Virus record (IMG/VR): IMGVR_UViG_3300048578_000454
Span: 1 to 43,448 of that record
Source of the DNA: a virus
Taxonomy: Duplodnaviria > Caudoviricetes
Strand: one strand, 5' to 3'
DNA length: 43,448 nucleotides
This document shows, in pieces, positions 36,510 through 43,448 of this stretch (positions within the stretch are counted from its first letter, which is position 1; every line of letters begins with the position of its first letter). A program made the position numbers and the translations under genes. The notes below the pieces were generated by a model, which did not search any database, was not told where the DNA came from, and saw nothing but the letters and a program-made list of their open reading frames with translations.

Positions 36510-36715
36510 AAAAATGGGAATAAATGTTAATCATGCAATGAAAACAACTACTTGTTAGTAATATTACGATTATTGTAAATATATGGAGAAAATAAAAAGT
36601 AAATAGAGGGCAACCCTGAAGGGGTAAAATTTCCGCACGCGGGCGCACAGGAAGATTGTAATATGAGCAACAACTAGCTGTTTTGATTACATGATTATTA
36701 TTTATGCTCATTTTT
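36510..36715. repeat. 61-bp imperfect inverted repeat, putative replication origin
   Basis: 36510-36570 versus reverse complement of 36655-36715: 49/61 identical, ungapped; AT-rich gap between the two replication genes. Confidence 0.75.
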
Positions 36716-36786
36716 GCCCCTTTTTATCGTCATGTCCCGCCCCCGGTTGTCGCCGCCCAAGGAAAATGCAAAGGTCATCTTGCGGT

Positions 36787-38397
36787 TCATGCTTCACTTC
36801 CGATGCGTAATCTAACCCCGTGAACATGCGCTATTCCGCATGGTTTGCTGCGTCGAAAACCCTTCTTTTCCAGCCACGCCGACACCGCCTTCTTGGATGG
36901 TCGGTAGCGCTCCTGGCCGCCGACCGTGTCCTCATACCAGGCGGTGAACGCCCCATAGAGATCCTTGAAAACCAGCTTGACCGAATGGTCGTGGCGGGTT
37001 GGGTCCTCCGGATCGGGCACGGTTTCGACCACCTCATTGAAAAAACTGAGGATGGTGTCGTCCTTGCGCTCCTGATCGTCGATGGCGGCGCGCATGATGC
37101 CGGGTATGGCGAGCCCTTCCTCCTGCATCAGCATGCAGCCGCGCACCAACCAGGCGAGGATTCCCGACATCTCGGCGCGCAGCTCCTGGGGGAGGTTGGG
37201 ATTTAATGCCCGCTGATAAGGGTCGGTTGGATCAGGATCGGAGACAAATTTGAGTAGGTAGGTGATCAGCACCAGCCGCTTTTTCATCGCAAAACTGGAG
37301 GCGAGGCCGCGCGGAAGCGAGTTGGTGTAAAAAACTATTTTATGGGTAGGAGCGAAGTTGGTTTCCGCCCGGTCATGCGGGGCGCGGGCCTTGATGTTGC
37401 CGCCGCCTGAGAGTTTTTTGTAGGCGGATTCTGACACCTTTTGATTGTCGTCCGACTCCTCGGCAAACACGGCCCGGCGGCCTTTGAGCGACATAAGATC
37501 GGCGCTGGCCGCCCCGGACGCGGTGCGGCTGTATTTCTGCTCCATCAGCATCTCGGGCGAGATGGTCCAGGCGAGATCGCCCAGCAGGTCGCGCAGCAAG
37601 TCAAACTCGGTCCCTTTGCCGTTGCGGCCCTCGCCGGCAAACACGCCAACCACATGGTGCATCACCGAACCAGTGATGAGGTAGCCGAAATATTTGTGGA
37701 CGAAGCGCTTGATGGTGGCGTCGCCCATGTGGATCTCGTCGAAAAAATGCTCCCATTTGGGACAGGGGTGGTTGATGTCCACCCACTTGACCGGCACCGC
37801 GCTGAGCAGGTAATCGTCTGGCCGGCCTGGGCGACACTTGCCGGATCGGAGGTCAATCACGCCGTTGGCGCAGGGGAGCAACCAGGGGTGGGTGTCGAGG
37901 TCGTCGCCGATAATGGTGAGCGACTCGTCGCCGATGGTGGTGGCCCATTCAAGGCAGTTCTTAGCGCCGGCGATTGAGCGGAGCTTGTTGACCCGCTTGA
38001 GGTAGAGCTTGCGCTCTGCTTCCATGTTGGCCTTGGTCTCCTTGTCGCGCTCGTTTTTGATTTCGAGCTTGAGGTCAAGCGCCTCTTTGAGGTAGCGCTG
38101 GGCAACGGTGTCCACCGCGTTGCGCACTGCGTCTTTTTTGTCAACCTCCCAGTGGTGGCCGTTCCATTGCAGCCATGTCCCAAATTTGTTCCAGTTTTTG
38201 ACCTGCACGAACTTGCCGCGATGCAGCCGCGCGAACAGCAGGCCGTCGCCGCGCTCGTTGTTGTAGAGGCAGGAGCGAACAAAACCGGAGGGGATGTCTT
38301 CCTGGGAGTCAAAAACAGGGGGGAAAAGCTCTGCTTCGGCGACGCGAGCAGACTCGATCTGCTCCTGCATGCCAGAGATATCGCTATCGTGGTGCAT
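36787..38397 (-). CDS. P4-family/D5-like SF3 helicase
   Basis: NGVIDLRSG, Walker A GEGRNGKGT, AVFAEES, TNSLP motifs; C-terminal winged helix. Confidence 0.92.
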   Translation of the reverse strand: MHHDSDISGMQEQIESARVAEAELFPPVFDSQEDIPSGFVRSCLYNNERGDGLLFARLHRGKFVQVKNWNKFGTWLQWNGHHWEVDKKDAVRNAVDTVAQRYLKEALDLKLEIKNERDKETKANMEAERKLYLKRVNKLRSIAGAKNCLEWATTIGDESLTIIGDDLDTHPWLLPCANGVIDLRSGKCRPGRPDDYLLSAVPVKWVDINHPCPKWEHFFDEIHMGDATIKRFVHKYFGYLITGSVMHHVVGVFAGEGRNGKGTEFDLLRDLLGDLAWTISPEMLMEQKYSRTASGAASADLMSLKGRRAVFAEESDDNQKVSESAYKKLSGGGNIKARAPHDRAETNFAPTHKIVFYTNSLPRGLASSFAMKKRLVLITYLLKFVSDPDPTDPYQRALNPNLPQELRAEMSGILAWLVRGCMLMQEEGLAIPGIMRAAIDDQERKDDTILSFFNEVVETVPDPEDPTRHDHSVKLVFKDLYGAFTAWYEDTVGGQERYRPSKKAVSAWLEKKGFRRSKPCGIAHVHGVRLRIGSEA

Positions 38398-38659
38398 TGA
38401 TCAGCGACGATTTGAGGTTATACAACCACCGGCGAGAGCAATATCTTCCCATGGCCTTGGCAACGGTGGGCACGGCAACACCCTCAAGGATGAGAGCGGC
38501 GGCTATTTCCCGAACAACCGGCTTGACGATGTCGCGCTGAACAATATACGTCTTGCCACACACCTTGCACCGATACCGCTGCTTGCCATTGCGATCCGTC
38601 CCATCACGCCGCGACAATCCAGAGCTGCACCCAGGGCACTTTGGAGTAACTTTGCCCAT
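38384..38659 (-). CDS. InsA-like Zn-ribbon/HTH DNA-binding protein
   Basis: CPGC...RDG...GKQRYRCKVCGKTY followed by an HTH; start 38659 or 38725. Confidence 0.7.
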   Translation of the reverse strand: MGKVTPKCPGCSSGLSRRDGTDRNGKQRYRCKVCGKTYIVQRDIVKPVVREIAAALILEGVAVPTVAKAMGRYCSRRWLYNLKSSLINAPR

Positions 38660-38768
38660 GTGGTCCCCATTCTGCGGATCGGCTAGGGCATCCGTCTCGC
38701 CCATCCAAGGCAACAGTGGTATCATTCCGTTTTTCCGGCTGAAATTAAATTTTGTCCGCGCATATTTC

Positions 38769-38814
38769 TCGCGGTCCTTTGTACCCGTGAAAGGCTGTCG
38801 CCCCAGAGGGACCC
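38769..38814 (-). other. Lambda-like cos site (cosQ plus cosN)
   Basis: Minus strand GGGTCCC-17 nt-TCACG|GGTACAAAGGAC|CGCGA, similar to lambda GGGTCCT...TTACG|GGGCGGCGACCT|CGCGG. Confidence 0.65.
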
Positions 38815-38836
38815 GTGCACCTGCAGGCCGTATTGC

Positions 38837-38992
38837 TCATGGTCGGCGGGTGGTTGCGGGGGCAGGGGGGAAACCGTTTCCTATCGGATCGAGAGACATC
38901 AAATCAGCGCGCACAAAATAGCAAATATCCTCAACATCCAGGCCGATGCGAATCATCTCCTCAACCATTGCATTACGCTCGATCATCGACAT
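38837..38992 (-). CDS. Hypothetical protein
   Basis: 51 aa with GAGGTG SD. Confidence 0.55.
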   Translation of the reverse strand: MSMIERNAMVEEMIRIGLDVEDICYFVRADLMSLDPIGNGFPPAPATTRRP

Positions 38993-39000
38993 GCCGCACC

Positions 39001-39096
39001 TCACACAACCATCAGCACCACGGCAACCACGCCGCATGTGAACCATAACCACGCCTCTTTCCGCCCCATCCCACAGTATGCCAATCGCTTTGCCAT
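39001..39096 (-). CDS. Small membrane peptide
   Basis: 31 aa with hydrophobic C-terminus; TGATG coupling. Confidence 0.45.
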   Translation of the reverse strand: MAKRLAYCGMGRKEAWLWFTCGVVAVVLMVV

Positions 39097-39332
39097 CAGA
39101 TCACCTTGAGGTAAGTGGCGGCTTGCTGCCCCGCTTGCTCGCTTGCAAGCCGCCGAGAGTGAGGGTAAGGAGTGCGGATAGCAGGGCCGCTCGCCGGTTG
39201 GCTGATGGGGAGAGAGCCAGGATGCAGCAGGGCCGCACGCTCCTGACCATTTGAGGTACGCATGAGTACGCCGTGGACAGAGATAGGCGCAGCCGTTACT
39301 GCTCCACCCATCTCCACCCGCGTGCTGCTCAT
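39096..39332 (-). CDS. Hypothetical protein
   Basis: ATGA and TGATG coupling at its ends. Confidence 0.45.
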   Translation of the reverse strand: MSSTRVEMGGAVTAAPISVHGVLMRTSNGQERAALLHPGSLPISQPASGPAIRTPYPHSRRLASEQAGQQAATYLKVI

Positions 39333-39526
39333 TGGTGCGCATCCTTCTTTGATTTACCCAACTTCCGAGGCGTTACCGATCCAAACAAAAACACGCCCGA
39401 TCCAGCTTGCGGGGCTTGTGGTGGTACAGACGCCTCTAGCTCCTCTGCCATCAACACAAGCTCCTTTGCTTGCTGGCGCAGGCGCTGGGCGTGAATTACA
39501 GCCAATGGCAACGTAGGCAAGGCCAT
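39329..39526 (-). CDS. Hypothetical protein
   Basis: 65 aa in the early operon. Confidence 0.6.
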   Translation of the reverse strand: MALPTLPLAVIHAQRLRQQAKELVLMAEELEASVPPQAPQAGSGVFLFGSVTPRKLGKSKKDAHQ

Positions 39527-39529
39527 GGC

Positions 39530-39979
39530 TCAACCCTTGAGTAATTTGGCATAGGTGCGCTCAATCGCGTCTATGGCCGCCTGCTTCCTTGCCATTACCG
39601 CGTCGGCCGACTCACCCGCCTCAATAGATTTCTGGAAGTCTGCAACCGCGCCGTAGTCTTCCAAAATCTCCATGTCGATGGTCTCTTTCAAAACCGTGAT
39701 GGGCGCCACCTCGACATCATGGTCAAGCGCCGTCTCCAAATAGCTGATGGCAGACCGGGCAACGTATCCGAAGCCAACCGCATCCAAACGCTCAAACAGG
39801 GTGTGCAGCAGCTCAAGCGGGCTCTTGCAGCGCACCTGAGTGGTGGCTGGATCTTGTGCCCAATCATGGGCAGCGCGGATTGAGCGGTTGAAAATACGAG
39901 CAACGGCAGCTGCCCCAATAGCCTTCCGGCTGGCGTGAAACGCTTGCCACGGCTGCATTTTGCTTTGATCTTGTGTCAT
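39530..39979 (-). CDS. CII-like phage regulatory protein
   Basis: HTH AAAVARIFNRSIRAAHDWAQDP; downstream of cro; GAGG SD. Confidence 0.65.
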   Translation of the reverse strand: MTQDQSKMQPWQAFHASRKAIGAAAVARIFNRSIRAAHDWAQDPATTQVRCKSPLELLHTLFERLDAVGFGYVARSAISYLETALDHDVEVAPITVLKETIDMEILEDYGAVADFQKSIEAGESADAVMARKQAAIDAIERTYAKLLKG

Positions 39980-40225
39980 GGACTGCCTCGTCATTTTTTT
40001 ATAACCTGCAGACATGGAACCCGAAAATAATTGCAGAAGATGCCCGCGCCCTGATAGGATGGACACATGCCGCCAAGCAAGACGCCCAAGGTCCCACCAG
40101 GGTGCGGGGCTTTTTTTTGTTTACTCACCGGCAGGGTTCGAACCTGCAGGGCGCACAACGTTGCCGGTGCGATACCTAAGCCAGCAGATTTTTCATGTTG
40201 GCTTCTTGGGTTGAGGGGGAAGGAT

Positions 40226-40423
40226 ATGAAAACTCCAAATGTCGTTACTACGATTGTCGATAGAGAGCGCAACATCACTTACGATGTTTTTGCATATCGA
40301 ACGTTGACCCATGATGAACTTGTGTTTGCTGTTCGCCATTTTTACGCCCAAAAAAAACGACCAAAGGTGAAGCCAGGACAAAGGATCATCATTTACTCAG
40401 TAATTGGATTTGATGGACGATAG
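40226..40423 (+). CDS. Small basic protein, antisense to the early operon
   Basis: 65 aa from ATG 40226 with a purine-rich SD. Confidence 0.65.
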   Translation: MKTPNVVTTIVDRERNITYDVFAYRTLTHDELVFAVRHFYAQKKRPKVKPGQRIIIYSVIGFDGR

Positions 40424-40589
40424 ATGCAGCCATTTGCTCGGCAAATTCAGGCGGTAAATACAAACAAGCAGTCAACCCCGTATCGTGATCAAAAACGCAA
40501 ATGTCTACAGTTCCATGGTCCTCGTCTGCGCTCACCGCATACAGGAGTGGTGATTTTCGGGACGAGAGTGATTTTTCGTCGTCGATCAT
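40389..40589 (-). CDS. Hypothetical protein
   Basis: 66 aa; ATGA overlap with cro; AAGGAG SD. Confidence 0.6.
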   Translation of the reverse strand: MIDDEKSLSSRKSPLLYAVSADEDHGTVDICVFDHDTGLTACLYLPPEFAEQMAASIVHQIQLLSK

Positions 40590-40789
40590 GCTGGCTCCTT
40601 GGGTGTGGGTGGGAACACCTCGTTTACCGGTCTTTTGATGGCCGATGCGATGGCCTCCCGAATTTTTTCGGTGGATCGGACCCGATGGATTACTTGGCTG
40701 ACGGTGGGGGGCTTAATATTAAGATTTTCGGCAACTGACTTAACGCCGCCAACTTTTTTAAGCTCCCGTGTTATTTCTTTTGGTTCCAT
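40586..40789 (-). CDS. cro: Cro/Ner-like HTH repressor
   Basis: 67 aa; VKSVAENLNIKPPTVSQVI HTH; divergent from cI. Confidence 0.85.
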   Translation of the reverse strand: MEPKEITRELKKVGGVKSVAENLNIKPPTVSQVIHRVRSTEKIREAIASAIKRPVNEVFPPTPKEPA

Positions 40790-40838
40790 GCCTAATTTAT
40801 ACAAATAAAATAGGCATGACGCAACAAATAAAATAGGC
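40787..40838. promoter_or_regulatory. Immunity operators and early lytic promoter
   Basis: 15-bp direct repeat ACAAATAAAATAGGC (40801, 40824); inverted repeat 40787-40818; minus-strand TTGCGT-17-TATAAA. Confidence 0.75.
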
Positions 40839-40844
40839 GTCGAT

Positions 40845-41339
40845 GTGGATAATTTATTTTTCGAACGATTACAAGAGGCTATGTATATAAATAGGATTCG
40901 AACCCAGAAAGAATTGTCTGCGGTGAGCGGTATTGACAATGGAACTATATCAAGATGGAAAAACGGTAAGATAGGCCCCAATGACGATAGTTTAAGAAAA
41001 TTATCAGAAGTCCTTGGATGCAGTTTCGAGTGGTTAAAATATGGGAAAGGGGAATTAGAAGTAAGATCCAACAAGATCTTGGCCTCTATTCAGCCCGGAG
41101 ACAGCGGTAAAAAGCGGCGGCTTATAGAGGCTGGAAAAAAAATTACACAAAAAGACAACAGTTTGAGAATTCTTGTTGAGTGGATGGACGATTATTTCGG
41201 AAACGATCCAGATCAAATCCTACCCTTTATTTTTGACCTGGCACGGCAATACCCATCGTTTTCTGAATTTTTGGAAAAAAAAGGCAATGGCGGAGGTGTG
41301 GATATTAGATCCCAAGCGAAAGTCTCTAACTCTGATTGA
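40845..41339 (+). CDS. cI: CI-like repressor (XRE HTH, no S24 domain)
   Basis: TQKELSAVSGIDNGTISRWKNG...LGCSFEWLKYGKG. Confidence 0.85.
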   Translation: MDNLFFERLQEAMYINRIRTQKELSAVSGIDNGTISRWKNGKIGPNDDSLRKLSEVLGCSFEWLKYGKGELEVRSNKILASIQPGDSGKKRRLIEAGKKITQKDNSLRILVEWMDDYFGNDPDQILPFIFDLARQYPSFSEFLEKKGNGGGVDIRSQAKVSNSD

Positions 41340-41395
41340 GGGTATTTGACAGAAATTTTCCTAAAATATCAAAAATTTGAGGTGGAAAACAACAA

Positions 41396-41896
41396 GTGAC
41401 AACGCAACAATTTACCCATTGCGTCAATTGCGGCGCAGAAAAGGTTGCTGGGGTCGAATGTCCTTTATGCGGAGCAATCTACGAACGTGCTGAACGGATA
41501 TGGAGTAAACGACACCAGTCCAGAGCCGAGCCCTTACAGATGGCTGCAAACAATGAAGATGCGGCCAGATCTATTCATTCCCCAGAATTTTCCATCGACT
41601 GTACCGCCTGCAAGCTGCAAGGGGGAATGGAAAGGCGGCGGGTCAATCGATTTCCAATATTTATCCGAATGATTGGATGGATAATTGCCACTCCATCCGC
41701 AGTTGGGATGGCGGTCGGAATTTTTGTGGTTTTTACCAACGGAGGCGGCGGGTTTGGATCAGACACCATGGGCCTGTTTGTTGGCGGGGGTTTTTTTATG
41801 CTCTCCGCAGTTGGTGGGCTGGTTGGATGGCTCTTACTGATGCGGAAAAACGCTTGGGTGTGTAGCCGGTGCGGATACCTGATGGATCGAGCATGA
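41396..41896 (+). CDS. Membrane protein with Zn ribbons
   Basis: CxxC pairs; two TM helices flanked by CTAC and CSRC. Confidence 0.75.
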   Translation: MTTQQFTHCVNCGAEKVAGVECPLCGAIYERAERIWSKRHQSRAEPLQMAANNEDAARSIHSPEFSIDCTACKLQGGMERRRVNRFPIFIRMIGWIIATPSAVGMAVGIFVVFTNGGGGFGSDTMGLFVGGGFFMLSAVGGLVGWLLLMRKNAWVCSRCGYLMDRA

Positions 41897-42384
41897 CAAA
41901 CCAAAACTATCCTAAAAAGCGGGTATTCTGGGCATTGGCGGGCCTTGTTTTACTGAGCATTGTTGTTTCGGTAACTTATCAAAAGGGTGCAACCGGTCTC
42001 TCGCCTTATCAATCTGGAATATCAAATCAAAAAAAATACCAAAAATCGAGAACGCCAGGAAAAGTCGAGCGCAACCTCGGCGTGGAGTCGGTTCAATTCG
42101 GATCGACTGGGCAGGCGCAGGCCATGCTTCAGCTTTTAAACGATGTCCCAGGTAAAACCGATTATTTAATCACCTACCAAACCGCGATTGACGTGGTGTT
42201 TTTTGGGGTTGATTTCGACAAAAAAACAATCTCCAGGACGCACAACCGTCCCGACGGAACAGGAAACGCCGAACAATGGAGCGGGTATGTGCTGAGCCGG
42301 CTTGAGAGCGCGGCTGGCGGAGGATCGTTGAACGATACCCCAAAAGGGAAACTTCCGGGGACCTCGCAATATTTTCGGCCATGA
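41893..42384 (+). CDS. Membrane-anchored/exported protein
   Basis: N-terminal hydrophobic helix; ATGA overlaps at both ends. Confidence 0.7.
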   Translation: MTNQNYPKKRVFWALAGLVLLSIVVSVTYQKGATGLSPYQSGISNQKKYQKSRTPGKVERNLGVESVQFGSTGQAQAMLQLLNDVPGKTDYLITYQTAIDVVFFGVDFDKKTISRTHNRPDGTGNAEQWSGYVLSRLESAAGGGSLNDTPKGKLPGTSQYFRP

Positions 42385-43448
42385 GCGTCCACCAACTCAA
42401 AGACGGGCGATGGATTGTCCAACATCAGCCGGGTAAGGATCCAGAGCGGCCGACCGCCAACAAAAAATACTTTGGCCGCGGGCTGGAGGCCGAGCGGGCC
42501 GCGCGTGATTTCGACGCACTGCTCCATGCGGATCATCGCCGGCAATCCCGCCAAACATCTCCCCGTTTTGTGGATCTGGTTAACGAATACCTGTCGGCCA
42601 AGAAAATGAGCATGAGCCCGGTGAACTGGGCCCTTACTGTGGACAAGATGCGGCTGGTGGTCCTGCCAGTCATCGGGCAGATGCTGGCGCACGAACTCAC
42701 TCCAACCCAAATCGATCAGTACGCAAACATGCGCGGCCAGGATGGCGTCAAGCGCACCACCATCCACCGGGAGATTTCAGACATCAGGGCGGTGCTGCGG
42801 TGGGCGACGCATCGGCGGTTGCTGGCGGCCAACCCGATGGAAGGGTTTGAAATGCCCAAGCGCGACGATGCGCGACTATCACCGCCAAGCGAGGCCGAGT
42901 TTCGGTCAATTTTGGCCAAGGCGGCGCCGCACCTGCAGCGGGCGATGCTGATTGCCTATCACATCGGGCTGCGGCCAGGGCGGGAGGAATTATTGTGCTT
43001 GCGATGGGAGGCGGTGGATTTTATCGGCCGCACGCTGATGGTGATTTCCGCGCAAAAGGGCGGCATGCCACGGAGGATGGTCCCGCTCAACGCGGAAATC
43101 TTGGCGCACTTACACGCCTGGTACGAGCAGGATGAGCAAAACGGGGCAGGGTACATCGTGCATTATCACGGCGCCCGTGTGGATAGCCTGAAAACGGCGT
43201 GGAATGCGGCAAAAAAGCGAGCCAAGGTGCTGAGGCGGGTGCGGCTGTACGACATCCGCCACGCCTTCGCCACCCAACTGTTGGCAAGGGGCGCGAATCT
43301 GAAAGCGGTAAGCGAGATTCTCGGCCACGCCAGCCCGGACATGACCATGCGCATTTATCAGCACGTTTCGGACGATCTGCGGCGCGCTGCCGTTGACCTA
43401 ATGGTTGGGGTAGGTTTACCCCGCGATATCGCCCGCGAACCCCAGTAA
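42381..43448 (+). CDS. int: Phage tyrosine integrase
   Basis: GLRPG (R), QKGG (K), YDIRH, LGHA and RIYQH (Y) catalytic motifs; N-terminal arm-binding-like region. Confidence 0.95.
   Translation: MSVHQLKDGRWIVQHQPGKDPERPTANKKYFGRGLEAERAARDFDALLHADHRRQSRQTSPRFVDLVNEYLSAKKMSMSPVNWALTVDKMRLVVLPVIGQMLAHELTPTQIDQYANMRGQDGVKRTTIHREISDIRAVLRWATHRRLLAANPMEGFEMPKRDDARLSPPSEAEFRSILAKAAPHLQRAMLIAYHIGLRPGREELLCLRWEAVDFIGRTLMVISAQKGGMPRRMVPLNAEILAHLHAWYEQDEQNGAGYIVHYHGARVDSLKTAWNAAKKRAKVLRRVRLYDIRHAFATQLLARGANLKAVSEILGHASPDMTMRIYQHVSDDLRRAAVDLMVGVGLPRDIAREPQ

Larger units (their letters stand above)
1..43448. mobile_element. Temperate prophage (lambda-like head module, non-contractile tail)
   Basis: Colinear integrase, cI/cro, replication, terminase, portal, capsid, tail, tape measure and lysis genes; no host genes seen; no sheath gene recognised. 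Confidence 0.97.

Noticed and set aside
38384-38725. Intact IS1 element
   Set aside because: No InsB/DDE ORF, terminal inverted repeats or target duplication were seen.
40126-40169. tRNA gene or attP-associated tRNA fragment
   Set aside because: No D or anticodon arm and no CCA, and it is not adjacent to the integrase; kept only as a tRNA-like structure.
42381-43448. Integrase as the integron integrase serving the attC sites
   Set aside because: It has phage-type architecture and I see no IntI-specific insertion between the catalytic boxes; it is also more than 7 kb from the cassettes.
1-43448. attL/attR direct repeats and host assignment
   Set aside because: The window ends exactly at terminal gene stops, so no flanking host DNA is available.

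Overview
The window is a near-complete temperate siphovirus-type prophage, trimmed at the endolysin stop (1) and the integrase stop (43448), so att sites are not visible. Read right to left on the minus strand it contains: integrase/cI (plus strand), cro/cII-like early genes, a lambda-like cos site, a P4/D5 helicase, an inverted-repeat origin, a Zn-finger/Toprim primase, a c4-antisense-RNA-controlled BRO gene, terS, accessory genes, terL, an Ogr/Delta activator, lambda-type portal, protease and capsid, tail tube, a frameshifting chaperone, tape measure, a paralogous tail-tip set, holin-like genes, fibre genes and an M15 endolysin. The most unusual signal is two integron-type gene cassettes in the early region. 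Each is a reverse-oriented ORF closed by an attC-like site, and each starts at the same 12-bp sequence, ACAAGACTGTTA. No integron integrase is present in the window. Other notable items are an IS3-type HTH inserted in the gpZ-like tail protein, a BRO protein carrying a copy of the phage helicase's C-terminal winged helix, and a cos site about 6 kb from terS. All calls come from motif recognition by eye; no searches were run.
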